This document shows, one piece after another, positions 45,214 to 55,969 of a stretch of DNA of 64,000 nucleotides (positions within the stretch are counted from its first letter, which is position 1; the number at the start of each line of letters is the position of its first letter). Location of the stretch: NCBI GenBank assembly GCA_963842085.1, contig CAWJET010000002.1, forward strand, positions 448,001 through 512,000, given 5' to 3'. Below the pieces are notes generated by a model. That model searched no databases, was not told the DNA's origin, and worked only from the letters and a program-made list of their open reading frames with translations. The DNA is from an uncultured delta proteobacterium (lineage in GTDB: Bacteria; Desulfobacterota; Binatia; Binatales; Binataceae). The translations under genes and the position numbers were made by a program.

Positions 45214-46152
45214 CTAGAATTCTTCCCTGATTACGTAGATCGGCTTTCCCTGCGATTCGTGATAGGTACGCGCGAGCATCTCGCCAAGCAATCCTATACT
45301 CACAAACTGCACTCCGACGACTACTAACAATACTGCCAATAACAGCGCCGGCCGATTACCCAGTTCACGTCCAAGTAGTATTTTTTCCAGCACCAGTATG
45401 AAGGTCCATAGCCCGCCGAGTCCGCTCAGCACCATTCCGATCAAGCCGAACACCTGTATCGGCGCCGTAGAATAGCCGGATAGAAATTTGACGGTGATTA
45501 GGTCAAGCAACGTGCGCACGATGCGCCACAGACCGTACTTCGAGATGCCGGCATGGCGCGGCCGAAAGCCGATTTCGACTTCTGCGATTCGCGCGCCCTG
45601 CTCCGCCGCTATCGCGGGCACAAATCGATGCATCTCGCCGTAGAGCTGCAGGCTCCGTGCCAGGTCGCGGCGGTATGCCTTGAAGGTGCAGCCGTAATCG
45701 TGAAGCTTGACGCCGGTCATCGCGGAAATCAACGAATTTGCCGCCATTGAAGGCAGCCGGCGCGTCAGCCGTTCCTCCTGCCACCGCTCGGTCCGCCAGC
45801 CGCTGGCGAGGTCGTAGCCCTCGTCGAGCTTGGCCAGCAGCCGCGGGATGTCAGCGGGATCGTTTTGTCCGTCACCGTCCATCGCGATGACGACGTCGCC
45901 CGTGGCGTGCGAGAAGCCGCACGCCAGCGCGGCCGTCTGCCCCGAGTTGCGCGCCAGGGAGATTACGCGCACATTCTCGTCCGCTGACTTAATCTTACGC
46001 AGTGCGTCGAGACTGCCGTCGGTACTGCCGTCGTCCACGAAGATCAATTCGTAAGCCCGGCCAAGACTCTGCATCACGCGGCTCAACTCTGCATGCAGCG
46101 GGGCGAGATTATCCCGCTCGTTGTAGAGCGGAATAACTACTGAGTAGTCCAT
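45214..46152 (-). CDS. glycosyltransferase family 2 (polyprenol-phosphate GT, ArnC/GtrB-like)
   Basis: VIPLYNE, VDDGSTD, MDGDGQNDP, HDYGC.FK, two C-terminal TMs. Confidence 0.92.
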   Translation of the reverse strand: MDYSVVIPLYNERDNLAPLHAELSRVMQSLGRAYELIFVDDGSTDGSLDALRKIKSADENVRVISLARNSGQTAALACGFSHATGDVVIAMDGDGQNDPADIPRLLAKLDEGYDLASGWRTERWQEERLTRRLPSMAANSLISAMTGVKLHDYGCTFKAYRRDLARSLQLYGEMHRFVPAIAAEQGARIAEVEIGFRPRHAGISKYGLWRIVRTLLDLITVKFLSGYSTAPIQVFGLIGMVLSGLGGLWTFILVLEKILLGRELGNRPALLLAVLLVVVGVQFVSIGLLGEMLARTYHESQGKPIYVIREEF

Positions 46153-47060
46153 CTCGAGTGGTGAGAGTCTATCAGATCGATAAACTCTCTATAGCGATTG
46201 TCTATCTGCTCCCAGCTCAGATCCAATAGCCTCTCCAGCGAGTAGCGCTCGACCACGAACGACGCCATCACGCTGCCGTACACGACCGCCGTGCGCAGCG
46301 ACGATTCTGTCACGCGCCCGTGACGCGCCAAAAATCCCATCATGCCGCCGGCGAACGTATCGCCCGCTCCGGTTGGATCGACCACCTCCTCCAATGGATA
46401 CGCCGGTACTGCGAACATTCCTTCTTCGCTGAACTGAAGCACGCCATACTCACCGCGCTTGATCAGAACCGTCGCCGGGCCCATCTTCAGGATCGCGCGT
46501 CCCGCCTTCACCAGGTTGTGCTCGCCCGTAAGCACGCGCGCCTCATTGTCGCTGCAAAGGAGGATGTGGATTCGCTCGAGGACTTTGGCGAGACCCGGGC
46601 GTGTATTCTCGATCCAATAGTCATAGAGATCGGCCACGACCACTTTGGGACTGAGCACCTGGTCCAGCACGTGCTCCTGAAGCTCGGGATCGTTCGGCGC
46701 CAGATAGAGATAGTCAGCGCGGCGCTGGTCGGGCAGCAATTCCGGGGTGAAGTTCTCCAGAACGTTGAGCGAAAGCGCGACTGTGTCGCGCACGTTCATG
46801 TCTTCGTGGTAACGGCCGTGCCACCGGGTAGTCTTGCCCTCGCGTTTCGCAACTCCGCGCACGTCGATATTCCGATCCGTGAACAACTGCAAATCCTCGG
46901 CCTTGTAATCCGTGCCGACCACCGCGACGATGCTGACCGGAGAAAAAAATCGCGCTGCTATCGCAAAGTAGCTGGCGCCGCCGCCGATCACTTCCTCCAC
47001 TTTGCCATTGGGTGTCTCGACCGTGTCATAGGCCAGAAACCCGACTACAACGATACTCAT
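46137..47060 (-). CDS. PfkB family carbohydrate/nucleoside kinase
   Basis: GGGASY, IKRGEYG, VVDPTGAGDTFAGG. Confidence 0.92.
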   Translation of the reverse strand: MSIVVVGFLAYDTVETPNGKVEEVIGGGASYFAIAARFFSPVSIVAVVGTDYKAEDLQLFTDRNIDVRGVAKREGKTTRWHGRYHEDMNVRDTVALSLNVLENFTPELLPDQRRADYLYLAPNDPELQEHVLDQVLSPKVVVADLYDYWIENTRPGLAKVLERIHILLCSDNEARVLTGEHNLVKAGRAILKMGPATVLIKRGEYGVLQFSEEGMFAVPAYPLEEVVDPTGAGDTFAGGMMGFLARHGRVTESSLRTAVVYGSVMASFVVERYSLERLLDLSWEQIDNRYREFIDLIDSHHSRWTTQ

Positions 47061-47094
47061 CTATTGCACCAGCGCTCCCAAAATTTGGACTGTC

Positions 47095-47958
47095 CTAGAG
47101 ATACTTGCCGACCAGCGGACGCAAGTCGTCGATCAAGCGCTGCGGGATCGCCGCGTGCTCGGTAATGATCGTGTTCTTGAGCGCGTCCTTGCACGCGCAG
47201 GTCCGCGGCCGGTGGCCGAGCGTGTGCGCGAGCGCCGACACCGCGCTTTGCGCCTTGTCCACGTTGAGTTTCATCACGCGCAGGATCTCGCCGATATCCA
47301 CCGCCGCGGCCGTTTCACGCCAGCAATCGTAGTCGGTCACCAGCACCAGCGCCGCGTAACACATCTCCGCCTCGCGCGCGAGCCGCGCTTCCTGCATTGC
47401 GGTCATGCTGATCACGCTCGCCCCCCAGCTTCGGTAGAGATTCGACTCGGCACGCGTCGAGAATTGCGGACCTTCCATGCACAGATAAGTCCCGCTGTCG
47501 TGAATCACCGCGCCGCCCGCGCGCGCCGCGCCGGTCAAATCGCTCGCGAGATTTGCACACACCGGATCGGCGAGTGAAACGTGCACCACCAACCCGTCGC
47601 CGAAAAATGTCTCGGGGCGTTTGAATGTACGATCGATAAACTGATCGGGAACCACCAGTTCGCCCGGACGAATTTCCTCTTTGAGGCTGCCCGCCGTAGA
47701 CACCGAAACCAGATGGGTCACACCGAGCTGCTTCATCCCGAAAACATTGGCGCGAAAATTTATTTCGGACGGCAGCAATCGATGGCCGCGACCGTGTCGC
47801 GAAAGAAAAACGACCTCGATGTCCCCGATTCGCCCCTGGTAAAATGGATCCGACGGCCGGCCGAACGGCGTCTCGAGCTCCATCAGCTCGACCTTGTCCA
47901 GGCCCTTCATCTGGTAGAAGCCGCTGCCTCCGATCACCCCAAGTACGTTGTGCGACAT
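47095..47958 (-). CDS. mtnP: S-methyl-5'-thioadenosine phosphorylase
   Basis: GVIGGSG, TPFG.PS, RHGRGH, DQFIDRT, EGPQFSTRAES, VTDYDCW. Confidence 0.93.
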   Translation of the reverse strand: MSHNVLGVIGGSGFYQMKGLDKVELMELETPFGRPSDPFYQGRIGDIEVVFLSRHGRGHRLLPSEINFRANVFGMKQLGVTHLVSVSTAGSLKEEIRPGELVVPDQFIDRTFKRPETFFGDGLVVHVSLADPVCANLASDLTGAARAGGAVIHDSGTYLCMEGPQFSTRAESNLYRSWGASVISMTAMQEARLAREAEMCYAALVLVTDYDCWRETAAAVDIGEILRVMKLNVDKAQSAVSALAHTLGHRPRTCACKDALKNTIITEHAAIPQRLIDDLRPLVGKYL

Positions 47959-47974
47959 TTTCTTCTGGCGCTTA

Positions 47975-49048
47975 TCAGGCCGGGTTGTGCTGTTCGGCGT
48001 AGAGCTGACCGCATGCCGCCGCAATATCGAGCCCCCGGCTTTCGCGGATTGTAGCGGTCAAATTACCGTTCCTGAGGATCGCTTGAAAGGCCTCCACCGC
48101 TGCGCGCGAGCTGGTCCGAAGGGGAGAATCCGGCAGCGGATTGAAAAAGATCAAATTCACCTTGGCGCGCAAAGGCGCGAGCAGCTTCACCAGACGACGA
48201 GCGTCCGCGATCGAATCGTTCACCCCCGCCAGCATCACGTACTCGAAGGTGATCCGGCTGCGCCGCTTTAGCGGCAGCTTGCGGCATGCGTCGAGCAGGG
48301 CTTCCAGCGGATAGCGCCGGTTGATCGGCGCGAGGCGATCGCGAAGCTCATTGGTCGTCGCGTGCAGCGATACCGCCAGATTAACCGGCGTCTCGCTCAG
48401 CAGTCGCTCCATCATCGGGACCAAGCCGACGGTCGAGAGCGTGATCCGTCGCGGCGAGATACCCATTCCCCACTCCGAAGTCATTATCGCCAGCGTACGG
48501 ACTAATCGCGGATAGTTGGCGAGCGGCTCACCCATTCCCATGAAGACAAAATTCGTCAGCTCTTCGCCCGCGCTCAGCTCGCGCCGAGTGGCGAAGATCT
48601 GCGCCAGCATCTCGGAGCTGGTGAGGTTGCGATGCAATCCCATGCGCGCCGTTGCGCAGAATTCGCATGCCATGGCGCATCCCACCTGGCTCGACATGCA
48701 AAGCGTGACCCGCTTTTCGGTCGGGATGATCACCGATTCGATTTCTTCGCCGTCGTCGAGGTGGATGAGCAGCTTTCGGGTGCCATCGGACGAACGCGAG
48801 ACGAACGACGACACCGGATGTCCAATCGTGAAGTTTTGCTTCAGATAGTTGCGCAGCGAAGACGGCAGATCGCGCATCTCATCGAACGACTCGGCGCCGC
48901 GAGCGTGCACCCAATGCAGAATCTGGCGGGCACGATATGAGCGCTCGCCTGCGTTCGCGACAAGCTGCTCGACTTCGTCGAGCGTCAGGTCGCGGAAATC
49001 GGCGCGCGTGGGCGCCAGCTCGTCCAGAGTTTGGCGATTCGCGTTCAC
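47975..49048 (-). CDS. rlmN: 23S rRNA/tRNA m2A methyltransferase RlmN
   Basis: SSQVGCAMACEFC, FMGMGEP, SLHA, FEYVML, AACGQL. Confidence 0.96.
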   Translation of the reverse strand: MNANRQTLDELAPTRADFRDLTLDEVEQLVANAGERSYRARQILHWVHARGAESFDEMRDLPSSLRNYLKQNFTIGHPVSSFVSRSSDGTRKLLIHLDDGEEIESVIIPTEKRVTLCMSSQVGCAMACEFCATARMGLHRNLTSSEMLAQIFATRRELSAGEELTNFVFMGMGEPLANYPRLVRTLAIMTSEWGMGISPRRITLSTVGLVPMMERLLSETPVNLAVSLHATTNELRDRLAPINRRYPLEALLDACRKLPLKRRSRITFEYVMLAGVNDSIADARRLVKLLAPLRAKVNLIFFNPLPDSPLRTSSRAAVEAFQAILRNGNLTATIRESRGLDIAAACGQLYAEQHNPA

Positions 49049-49099
49049 GGCCCGTTATTCTAATCGAAACGCCGCCGTGAAAGCAGGACGGTCTCTTTT

Positions 49100-49516
49100 C
49101 TAGGCCAGGATTTCTCGGGCGGGGAAGAAAAACGCGATTTCATTCGCCGCGGTTTCGGGCGCATCGGAACCGTGCGTGGCGTTTTGCTCGACGTCGATTC
49201 CGAAGTCCTTGCGAATCGTGCCGGCATCGGCCTTTTTCGGATCGGTGGCGCCCATCAACTGACGCCACTTGCCGATGGCGCCCTCGCCTTGCAGCACCGC
49301 GATGACCACCGGGCCGGAAGTCATGTAGTCGCACAGCCCGCTGAAGAACGGCCGCGCTTTGTGCACGTCGTAAAACTTCTCGGCGTCGGCGCGCGAGAGA
49401 CGAATCTTGCGCAGCGCCACGATCGTCAGCCCCGACGCTTCGATTCGCTTGAGTATGTCGCCGGTGAGTCCGCGCCGGACCGCGTCGGGCTTGACGATCG
49501 CCAAAGTTTGTTCCAT
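49100..49516 (-). CDS. ndk: nucleoside-diphosphate kinase
   Basis: IVKPDA, GATDP..A..GTIR, NATHGSD. Confidence 0.97.
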   Translation of the reverse strand: MEQTLAIVKPDAVRRGLTGDILKRIEASGLTIVALRKIRLSRADAEKFYDVHKARPFFSGLCDYMTSGPVVIAVLQGEGAIGKWRQLMGATDPKKADAGTIRKDFGIDVEQNATHGSDAPETAANEIAFFFPAREILA

Positions 49517-49520
49517 GGAA

Positions 49521-50399
49521 TTATTTCTTGCCCTCGAGCACCGATTTCATCGTCGAGCCGAGGTCGGCCGGGCTCGACGCCACTGTGATTCCTGCCGCCT
49601 TGAGCGCCGCGATTTTGTCGGCCGCGGTGCCGCGCCCGCCGGAGATAATCGCGCCGGCGTGGCCCATGCGCCGTCCCTTTGGCGCGGTCTGGCCGGCGAT
49701 AAACGCGACCACCGGTTTCTTAAAGTATTGCTTTATATATTCCGCGGCCTCTTCCTCCGCCGTCCCGCCGATTTCACCAATCATGATAACTGCGCGCGTC
49801 TTGGGATCTTCGTTGAACAGCTTGAGCGCGTCGATATGCGATGTGCCGACAATCGGGTCGCCGCCGATTCCGATGCACGTCGATTGCCCGATTCCGAGCT
49901 GCGTCAGTTGATACACCGCTTCGTACGTCAGCGTGCCCGAGCGCGACACGACGCCGATGTCGCCCGGCTTGTGGATGTACCCGGGCATAATGCCGATTTT
50001 GCATTCGCCCGGCGTGATGATTCCGGGGCAGTTGGGGCCAATCAGGCGCGACTTGGTGCCCGCCATGTACGCTTTCACCTTGACCATGTCGAGGACGGGA
50101 ACGCCTTCGGTGATGCAGATGATCAGCTCGATTCCTGCGGCGACCGCCTCGAGCATCGCGTCGGCGGCGAACGCCGGCGGCACGTAGATCACGGTCGCGT
50201 TGCAGCCGGTCGCTCGGCGAGCCTGCTCGACGGTGTCGAAAATCGGGATGCCCTCGAAGTCGGTGCCACCCTTGCCCGGCACCACGCCACCGACCATCTT
50301 CGTGCCGTATTCTTTGCACGCGCGCGTATGGAGCTGGCCCGTCGCGCCGGTAATTCCCTGCGTCAGCACGCGCGTGTTCTTGTCGACTAGAATGCTCAT
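49521..50399 (-). CDS. sucD: succinate--CoA ligase alpha subunit
   Basis: [28 protein letters not shown]. Confidence 0.98.
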   Translation of the reverse strand: MSILVDKNTRVLTQGITGATGQLHTRACKEYGTKMVGGVVPGKGGTDFEGIPIFDTVEQARRATGCNATVIYVPPAFAADAMLEAVAAGIELIICITEGVPVLDMVKVKAYMAGTKSRLIGPNCPGIITPGECKIGIMPGYIHKPGDIGVVSRSGTLTYEAVYQLTQLGIGQSTCIGIGGDPIVGTSHIDALKLFNEDPKTRAVIMIGEIGGTAEEEAAEYIKQYFKKPVVAFIAGQTAPKGRRMGHAGAIISGGRGTAADKIAALKAAGITVASSPADLGSTMKSVLEGKK

Positions 50400-50408
50400 C
50401 TAAAAACT

Positions 50409-51572
50409 TTAAGCCCCGATTTCTTTCACGATGCGCTTGGCGGCATCGGCCATATCGCTGGCGCTGATCACCTTGATGCCGGACTCGGCCAGGATTCTCT
50501 TGCCCTCGACGACGTTGGTGCCTTCCATCCTGACGACCAACGGCACGCTGAGCTTGACCTGCTTGGCCGCCTCGACGACGCCCTGCGCCAGCACGTCGCA
50601 TCGCATGATGCCGCCGAAGATGTTGATGAGCACGCCTTTGACGCGCTTGTCCTCGAGCAGGATGCGAAATGCCGCCGCGACCTTCTCGGTGCTCGCGCCG
50701 CCGCCGACGTCGAGGAAGTTGGCCGGCTCGGCGCCGTAAATTTTGACAATGTCCATCGTCGCCATCGCGAGACCCGCGCCGTTGACCATGCATCCGATGT
50801 TGCCGTCGAGATGCACGTAGCTGAGGTCGTACTTCGCCGCCTCGGTCTCGGCGGGATCTTCTTCGTTGGCGTCGCGGAGCTCGCGGATATCCGGATGGCG
50901 GAACAGGGCGTTGTCGTCAAACGACATTTTCGCGTCGAGGCAGATGACGCGCCCGTCCTTGGTGACGACCAGCGGATTGATCTCGATGAGTGACGCATCG
51001 GTTTCGACAAACGCCCGGTAGATCCCCGCGAGCAGGGTTGCGAACTGGCCGACCTGCTTGTCCTTGAGGCCCAGTGAAAAAGCAATTTTGCGCGCCTGGA
51101 AGCCCGCGACTCCGAGCAAGGGGTTGATCTGTTCGGTGAGAATTTTGTCGGGCGTCTTGGCGGCGACTTCCTCGATATCCATGCCGCCCTCGGTGCTCGC
51201 GATCACGGAAACGGTTCCCGCCTTTCGATCGACCAGCATCCCAAGATACAGCTCGCGGGCAACGTCGCTCGCTTCCTCTATATAGACGCGGCGCACTACG
51301 CGGCCCTCGGGTCCCGTCTGATGCGTCACCAGCGGCTTGCCGAGGAGCTTGGCAGCGAAGTCGCGCACCTCGGACGCAACCGTCAGCAGTTTGACGCCGC
51401 CGGCCTTGCCCCGGCCACCCGCATGAATCTGCGCCTTGACCACAGCCTTGGGTTGGCCGAGCGCCGTGAACGCGGCCGCCGCCTCGTCAGGCGTGGTGGC
51501 GAACTGCCCCTTGGGAACGGGAACGCCGAAGCGCCCAAGTATCTGCTTGGCTTGATGTTCGTGGATGTTCAT
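50409..51572 (-). CDS. sucC: succinate--CoA ligase beta subunit
   Basis: [44 protein letters not shown]. Confidence 0.98.
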   Translation of the reverse strand: MNIHEHQAKQILGRFGVPVPKGQFATTPDEAAAAFTALGQPKAVVKAQIHAGGRGKAGGVKLLTVASEVRDFAAKLLGKPLVTHQTGPEGRVVRRVYIEEASDVARELYLGMLVDRKAGTVSVIASTEGGMDIEEVAAKTPDKILTEQINPLLGVAGFQARKIAFSLGLKDKQVGQFATLLAGIYRAFVETDASLIEINPLVVTKDGRVICLDAKMSFDDNALFRHPDIRELRDANEEDPAETEAAKYDLSYVHLDGNIGCMVNGAGLAMATMDIVKIYGAEPANFLDVGGGASTEKVAAAFRILLEDKRVKGVLINIFGGIMRCDVLAQGVVEAAKQVKLSVPLVVRMEGTNVVEGKRILAESGIKVISASDMADAAKRIVKEIGA

Positions 51573-51591
51573 TCAGTTACCCGGCGCCAAC

Positions 51592-52341
51592 TCACTTCAT
51601 AAATAAATCGCGGAGCCATTTGATCGACGTCTGGCGTCCGACCGCGCCGATTGCCGTCGTGAGCGGAATTTCCTTGGGGCAGACCTCGACGCAGTTCTGC
51701 GCGTTGCCGCAGTCGGCCACTCCACCTTCCGACATCATCGCGTTGAGCCGCTCCTCGTGATTCATCTTGCCGGTCTGATGCTGGCTCATCAGGTACACCT
51801 GGCCGATCACCGCGGCGCCCATGAACTTCGAATGCGAGTTAACCTGCGGGCATGCCTCGAGGCAGCATCCACACGTCATGCATCGCGAGAACAGGTACGC
51901 AAACTCCTGCACGCTGGGCGCCATCCGCGGACCCGGACCCAGGTCGTAAGTCCCGTCGATCGGAATCCACGCGTGCGCCTTCTTCAGGTAGTCGAACATT
52001 CTGGATCGATCGACCCACAGATCGCGGATCACCGGGAATTTCGACATCGGCTCAACTGTCACCGGCCCATTGAGCTTGTCCGCAAGCTGCGAGCACGCCT
52101 GGCGCACGCGTCCGTTGATCACCATCGTGCAGGAGCCGCAGACTTCTTCGAGACAGTTGGCGTCGAACACGACCGGCGCGACGCGCTTGCCCTGGCGAGT
52201 GATCGGGTTGCGCCGAATCTCCATCAGCATCGAGATGATGTTGTGATGCGGCAGATACGGAATCTCGAACTCCTCATAATAGGGCTCGGAGTTCGGCGAT
52301 TCCTGGCGCTTGATTCGCAAGACTTGCGTCTGTTCCGGCAC
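51592..52341 (-). CDS. sdhB: succinate dehydrogenase iron-sulfur subunit
   Basis: CLEEVCGSC, CMTCGCCLEACP, CGNAQNCVEVCP (Bacillus-type). Confidence 0.96.
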   Translation of the reverse strand: MPEQTQVLRIKRQESPNSEPYYEEFEIPYLPHHNIISMLMEIRRNPITRQGKRVAPVVFDANCLEEVCGSCTMVINGRVRQACSQLADKLNGPVTVEPMSKFPVIRDLWVDRSRMFDYLKKAHAWIPIDGTYDLGPGPRMAPSVQEFAYLFSRCMTCGCCLEACPQVNSHSKFMGAAVIGQVYLMSQHQTGKMNHEERLNAMMSEGGVADCGNAQNCVEVCPKEIPLTTAIGAVGRQTSIKWLRDLFMK

Positions 52342-52358
52342 TGGGATGCTCCTGCGGG

Positions 52359-54116
52359 CTAGGCCGCCTTCGGCTCGCTGGCAGACTTATCGACGTCGTA
52401 GCGTCGCGGCCGCGGCTTGATAAGGCTCACGTCAACCGGCTCCCAGCTGAAACGCGGGCCGTCCGACGACCACGCCGCCATCGTGGTCTTCAGGAATTTC
52501 TCATCGTCGCGGTCAGGAAAATCGGGCTTGTAATGCGCGCCGCGCGATTCATTGCGATTGAGCGCGCCGAGGGTGATTGGCCGCGCCAGCTCGAGCATGT
52601 TCCATAGCTGGCGCACGAACAGCACTTCCTGGTTCGCCCACCTGCCCTTGTCGTTGAGCCCGATCCGGCCCCATCGATCCTTGAACTCGATTAGTTTGTC
52701 GTCGGTCTTTTTGAGCTTGTCGTTGTGGCGCACGACGGTGACGTTCTCGGTCATGATCTCGCCGAGCTCGCGCCACAACCCAAACGCATTCTCCGAACCG
52801 TTCATCTTGAAGATCTTGTCGAACGATTCGCGCTGCAGCTTCAGCTCCTGATCGAAAATCTGCGAACTGGCTGCGCTCTTGTGCGACTTGGCGTAGCCGA
52901 TCATCGCCGGCTCGGCGATATTTCCGCCATGCACGCACGACAGCAGCGAGTTGGCGCCGAGCCGGTTGGCGCCGTGATATTGGAACTCGCACTCGCCCGC
53001 CGCGAACAGTCCCGGCACGTTGGTCTGCTGATGGTAATCGACCCACAGGCCGCCCATCGAGTAGTGCATCGCGGGGAAAATCTTCATCGGGACCTTGCGC
53101 GGATCCTGGCCGGCAAACTTCTCGTAGATTTCGAGCACGCCCGCGACCTTGCGATTGAGTTCCTCGGGATCGAGATGGCTCACGTCGAGGTAAACCAGCG
53201 GGTTGCCGTCGATGCCAAGCTTCATCTCGAACACGACCTTGTGAATCGCGCGCGTCGCGATGTCGCGCGGCACCAGGTTGCCGTACGCCGGATACATCTC
53301 TTCGAGGAAGTACCACGGCTTGCCGTCGCGGTAGGTCCACACGCGGCCGCCCTCGCCGCGGATGGATTCCGAGATGAGGCGAAATTTGTCCTCACCTTGC
53401 ATCGCGGTGGGATGCACCTGGATGAACTCGCCGTTGGCATAGGTCGCGCCGGCCTGATAGCAGGCGCTGGTTGCCGATCCCGTATTCGCCAGCGACTGCG
53501 TCGAGCGGCCGTAGATGAGGCCCGGGCCGCCGGTCGCTATCAGCGTCGTGTCGGCGGGAAATGCGCGCATCTCGAGCGAGCGCGTGTCGATCGCGACGAT
53601 GCCGCGGCAGTCGCCCGATTCGTCCTGCACGAGGCTCAGCATCTCCCAGCCTTCGAACTTGCGCACGAGCCCGGCCGCCTCGTAGCGGCGAACTTGCTCG
53701 TCCAGTGCGTACAGGAGCTGCTGCCCGGTGGTGGCGCCCGCGAATGCGGTGCGGTGATGCTTGGTGCCGCCGAACCGGCGAAAGTCGAGCAGGCCTTCGG
53801 GCGTGCGATTGAACATCACGCCCATCCGGTCGAACAGGTAGATGATCGCCGGCGCCGCCTCGCACATCGCCTTGACCGGCGGCTGATGCGCCAGAAAGTC
53901 GCCGCCGTAAATCGTGTCGTCAAAGTGAATCATCGGCGAGTCGCCCTCGCCTTTCGTATTGACCGCGCCGTTGATTCCGCCCTGCGCGCACACCGAATGC
54001 GACCGCTTGACGGGCACGATCGAGAACAGATCGACTTGCTCGCCCTGCTCCGCCAGCTTCATCGCCGCGGTCAAACCAGCCAGCCCGCCGCCTACGATTA
54101 TGTGATGCCCTGGCAT
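52359..54116 (-). CDS. sdhA: succinate dehydrogenase flavoprotein subunit
   Basis: GGGLAG, RSHSVCAQGG, QVHPT, HYSMGG, HGANRLGANSL, ESRGAH. Confidence 0.97.
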   Translation of the reverse strand: MPGHHIIVGGGLAGLTAAMKLAEQGEQVDLFSIVPVKRSHSVCAQGGINGAVNTKGEGDSPMIHFDDTIYGGDFLAHQPPVKAMCEAAPAIIYLFDRMGVMFNRTPEGLLDFRRFGGTKHHRTAFAGATTGQQLLYALDEQVRRYEAAGLVRKFEGWEMLSLVQDESGDCRGIVAIDTRSLEMRAFPADTTLIATGGPGLIYGRSTQSLANTGSATSACYQAGATYANGEFIQVHPTAMQGEDKFRLISESIRGEGGRVWTYRDGKPWYFLEEMYPAYGNLVPRDIATRAIHKVVFEMKLGIDGNPLVYLDVSHLDPEELNRKVAGVLEIYEKFAGQDPRKVPMKIFPAMHYSMGGLWVDYHQQTNVPGLFAAGECEFQYHGANRLGANSLLSCVHGGNIAEPAMIGYAKSHKSAASSQIFDQELKLQRESFDKIFKMNGSENAFGLWRELGEIMTENVTVVRHNDKLKKTDDKLIEFKDRWGRIGLNDKGRWANQEVLFVRQLWNMLELARPITLGALNRNESRGAHYKPDFPDRDDEKFLKTTMAAWSSDGPRFSWEPVDVSLIKPRPRRYDVDKSASEPKAA

Positions 54117-54128
54117 TGGTTGTTCTCC

Positions 54129-54791
54129 TCAGGCGGGTGCGCGAAATGCGATCAGAATCGAGACGCTGACGATAGCCAGCACGACGAACAGCGCAACGCA
54201 CGCGCGGTTCACCAGCGTTTGCGCCCTGGCGCCGACCGCAATTCCCCAGGTGATCGTGAATGTGAAAATGCCGTTGGTGAGGTGATAGACGCACGCCAGC
54301 GTGCCGACGATATAGGTGGTGAGAATCAGCGGATTCATCATGAAGGCATGCATCCGCGCATAATCCGTCTCGACGCCCGTGGCGTAAAAGTACGCGCGCG
54401 TCGAAAGGACGTGAAAGCCGATAAACAAGAACGCGAGTATCCCCGTGATGCGCTGCAAGGTGTACTGGTAGTTGCGCTCGTAGGGGTAATCGTTGGGCTG
54501 CGCGGTGGCCGTGATGACCAAGCCGTAAATCGCGTGGTAGAGAATCGGAATCCACAGCACCAAGGCTTCGACCGCGATCTGAAACGGAATGTTGCGCGTG
54601 AACTCCGTTTCCTTCCACCACATCGCGCCGCCCTTCAGCACGAAGGCGTTTTCGAACAGATGGAAAAATAGAAATCCGCCGATCGGAATGATCCCCGACA
54701 GCGAGTGCAATCTGCGCAGCAGCCAGTGCCGCTCGTCCGCCGTCATCCCGGCCGCAATCGCGGGCGCCGCAACTGCTTCTGCTTCAGCCAT
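54129..54791 (-). CDS. sdhC: succinate dehydrogenase cytochrome b558 subunit
   Basis: RRLHSLSG, five TMs with heme-ligand His residues, QRITG. Confidence 0.94.
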   Translation of the reverse strand: MAEAEAVAAPAIAAGMTADERHWLLRRLHSLSGIIPIGGFLFFHLFENAFVLKGGAMWWKETEFTRNIPFQIAVEALVLWIPILYHAIYGLVITATAQPNDYPYERNYQYTLQRITGILAFLFIGFHVLSTRAYFYATGVETDYARMHAFMMNPLILTTYIVGTLACVYHLTNGIFTFTITWGIAVGARAQTLVNRACVALFVVLAIVSVSILIAFRAPA

Positions 54792-54814
54792 AAGCCTTTC
54801 CTGAATCGCGCGTT

Positions 54815-55759
54815 CTAGTTTCCGGCCGCGATTACTTTGTCCATCGCCTCGACCAGTTCGCGCACGTGCGCCACCGAACTGTCGAAGGCGGTCTTTTCGG
54901 CGGCGGTGAGCTGGATTTCGACGACCCGCTCGACACCGCCCGCGCCAATCACGACCGGTACTCCCGCAAAGAGTCCCTTCACGCCGTATTCACCGTCAAG
55001 GTACGCAGCGCCCGGCAGCACCTGTTTTCGATCGAGCATGTATGCCTCGACCATTTTGTAAACCGCGGTTCCCGCCGCGTAGTACGACGACGTCTTCATC
55101 AGCTCGACGATCTCGCCGCCGCCGGTGCGCGTGCGCTTCTCGATTTCCTCCAGCCGCTTCGCCGCGATCAGCCGTTCGATCGGCTGGCCGCCGACCGTCG
55201 TGTAGCTGCGAATCGGCACCATGTCGTCGCCATGCCCGCCCAGCACCATCGCGGAAACACTCTCGACCGACACGCCGAGCTCCGACGCCAGAAAGGTGCG
55301 ATAGCGCGCGGAGTCGAGCACGCCAGCCTGCCCAACAATGCGACCTTTCGCGAAACCGGTCACGCGCTTGAGCTGCGTAACCATCGCGTCGAGCGGATTG
55401 GTCACCGCGATCACGAAAGCGCCGGGCGCGTGCTGCTTGATCGCGGTGCCGACGTCGGTCATCACCTTGGCGTTTATCTTGAGCAGGTCGTCGCGGCTCA
55501 TGCCGGGTTTGCGCGGCGAGCCCGACGTGACGACGCAGCAATCGGCACCCTCGATCAGCTTGATGTCGGTGCCGCCCGATACGTTGAGGTCGAGGCCAAG
55601 CACGGGCGCGGACTCCAGCATGTCCAGCGCCTTGCCCTGCGGCAGTCCTTCGATGATGTCGTAAAGCACGACATCGCCGAGCCCGCGCAGGAAGCACAGA
55701 TGGGCGCAGGTTGCGCCGACATTACCAGCCCCGATGAATGCGATTTTCTTCCGAGCCAC
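54815..55759 (-). CDS. mdh: malate dehydrogenase (LDH-like)
   Basis: GAGNVG, GKALD, PRKPGMSRDDL, NPLD, LDSAR, GGHGD. Confidence 0.97.
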   Translation of the reverse strand: MARKKIAFIGAGNVGATCAHLCFLRGLGDVVLYDIIEGLPQGKALDMLESAPVLGLDLNVSGGTDIKLIEGADCCVVTSGSPRKPGMSRDDLLKINAKVMTDVGTAIKQHAPGAFVIAVTNPLDAMVTQLKRVTGFAKGRIVGQAGVLDSARYRTFLASELGVSVESVSAMVLGGHGDDMVPIRSYTTVGGQPIERLIAAKRLEEIEKRTRTGGGEIVELMKTSSYYAAGTAVYKMVEAYMLDRKQVLPGAAYLDGEYGVKGLFAGVPVVIGAGGVERVVEIQLTAAEKTAFDSSVAHVRELVEAMDKVIAAGN

Positions 55760-55969
55760 GCTTTGCTCCCAGCTCCCGGTCGTTGTCTGCCTGAAGCCTA
55801 CCTTATATTCGTGTTTCTGTTAATGAGCAATGCTTAAGTATGTCGGCGCGCCCGGCGCCGCCCGTCCTCGCACCTATCATGCAGCCAAACGTGCGATAGA
55901 TAGCAGCGTTGGCTGGCGTTGTGAAGCAATCGAACCGTGCCGCAGATGATTTTTGGGGTCGCGCCGTCC

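Noticed and set aside
49100-55759. TCA supercluster mdh-sdhCAB-sucCD-ndk as a novelty
   Set aside because: An ordinary conserved housekeeping arrangement with canonical motifs.
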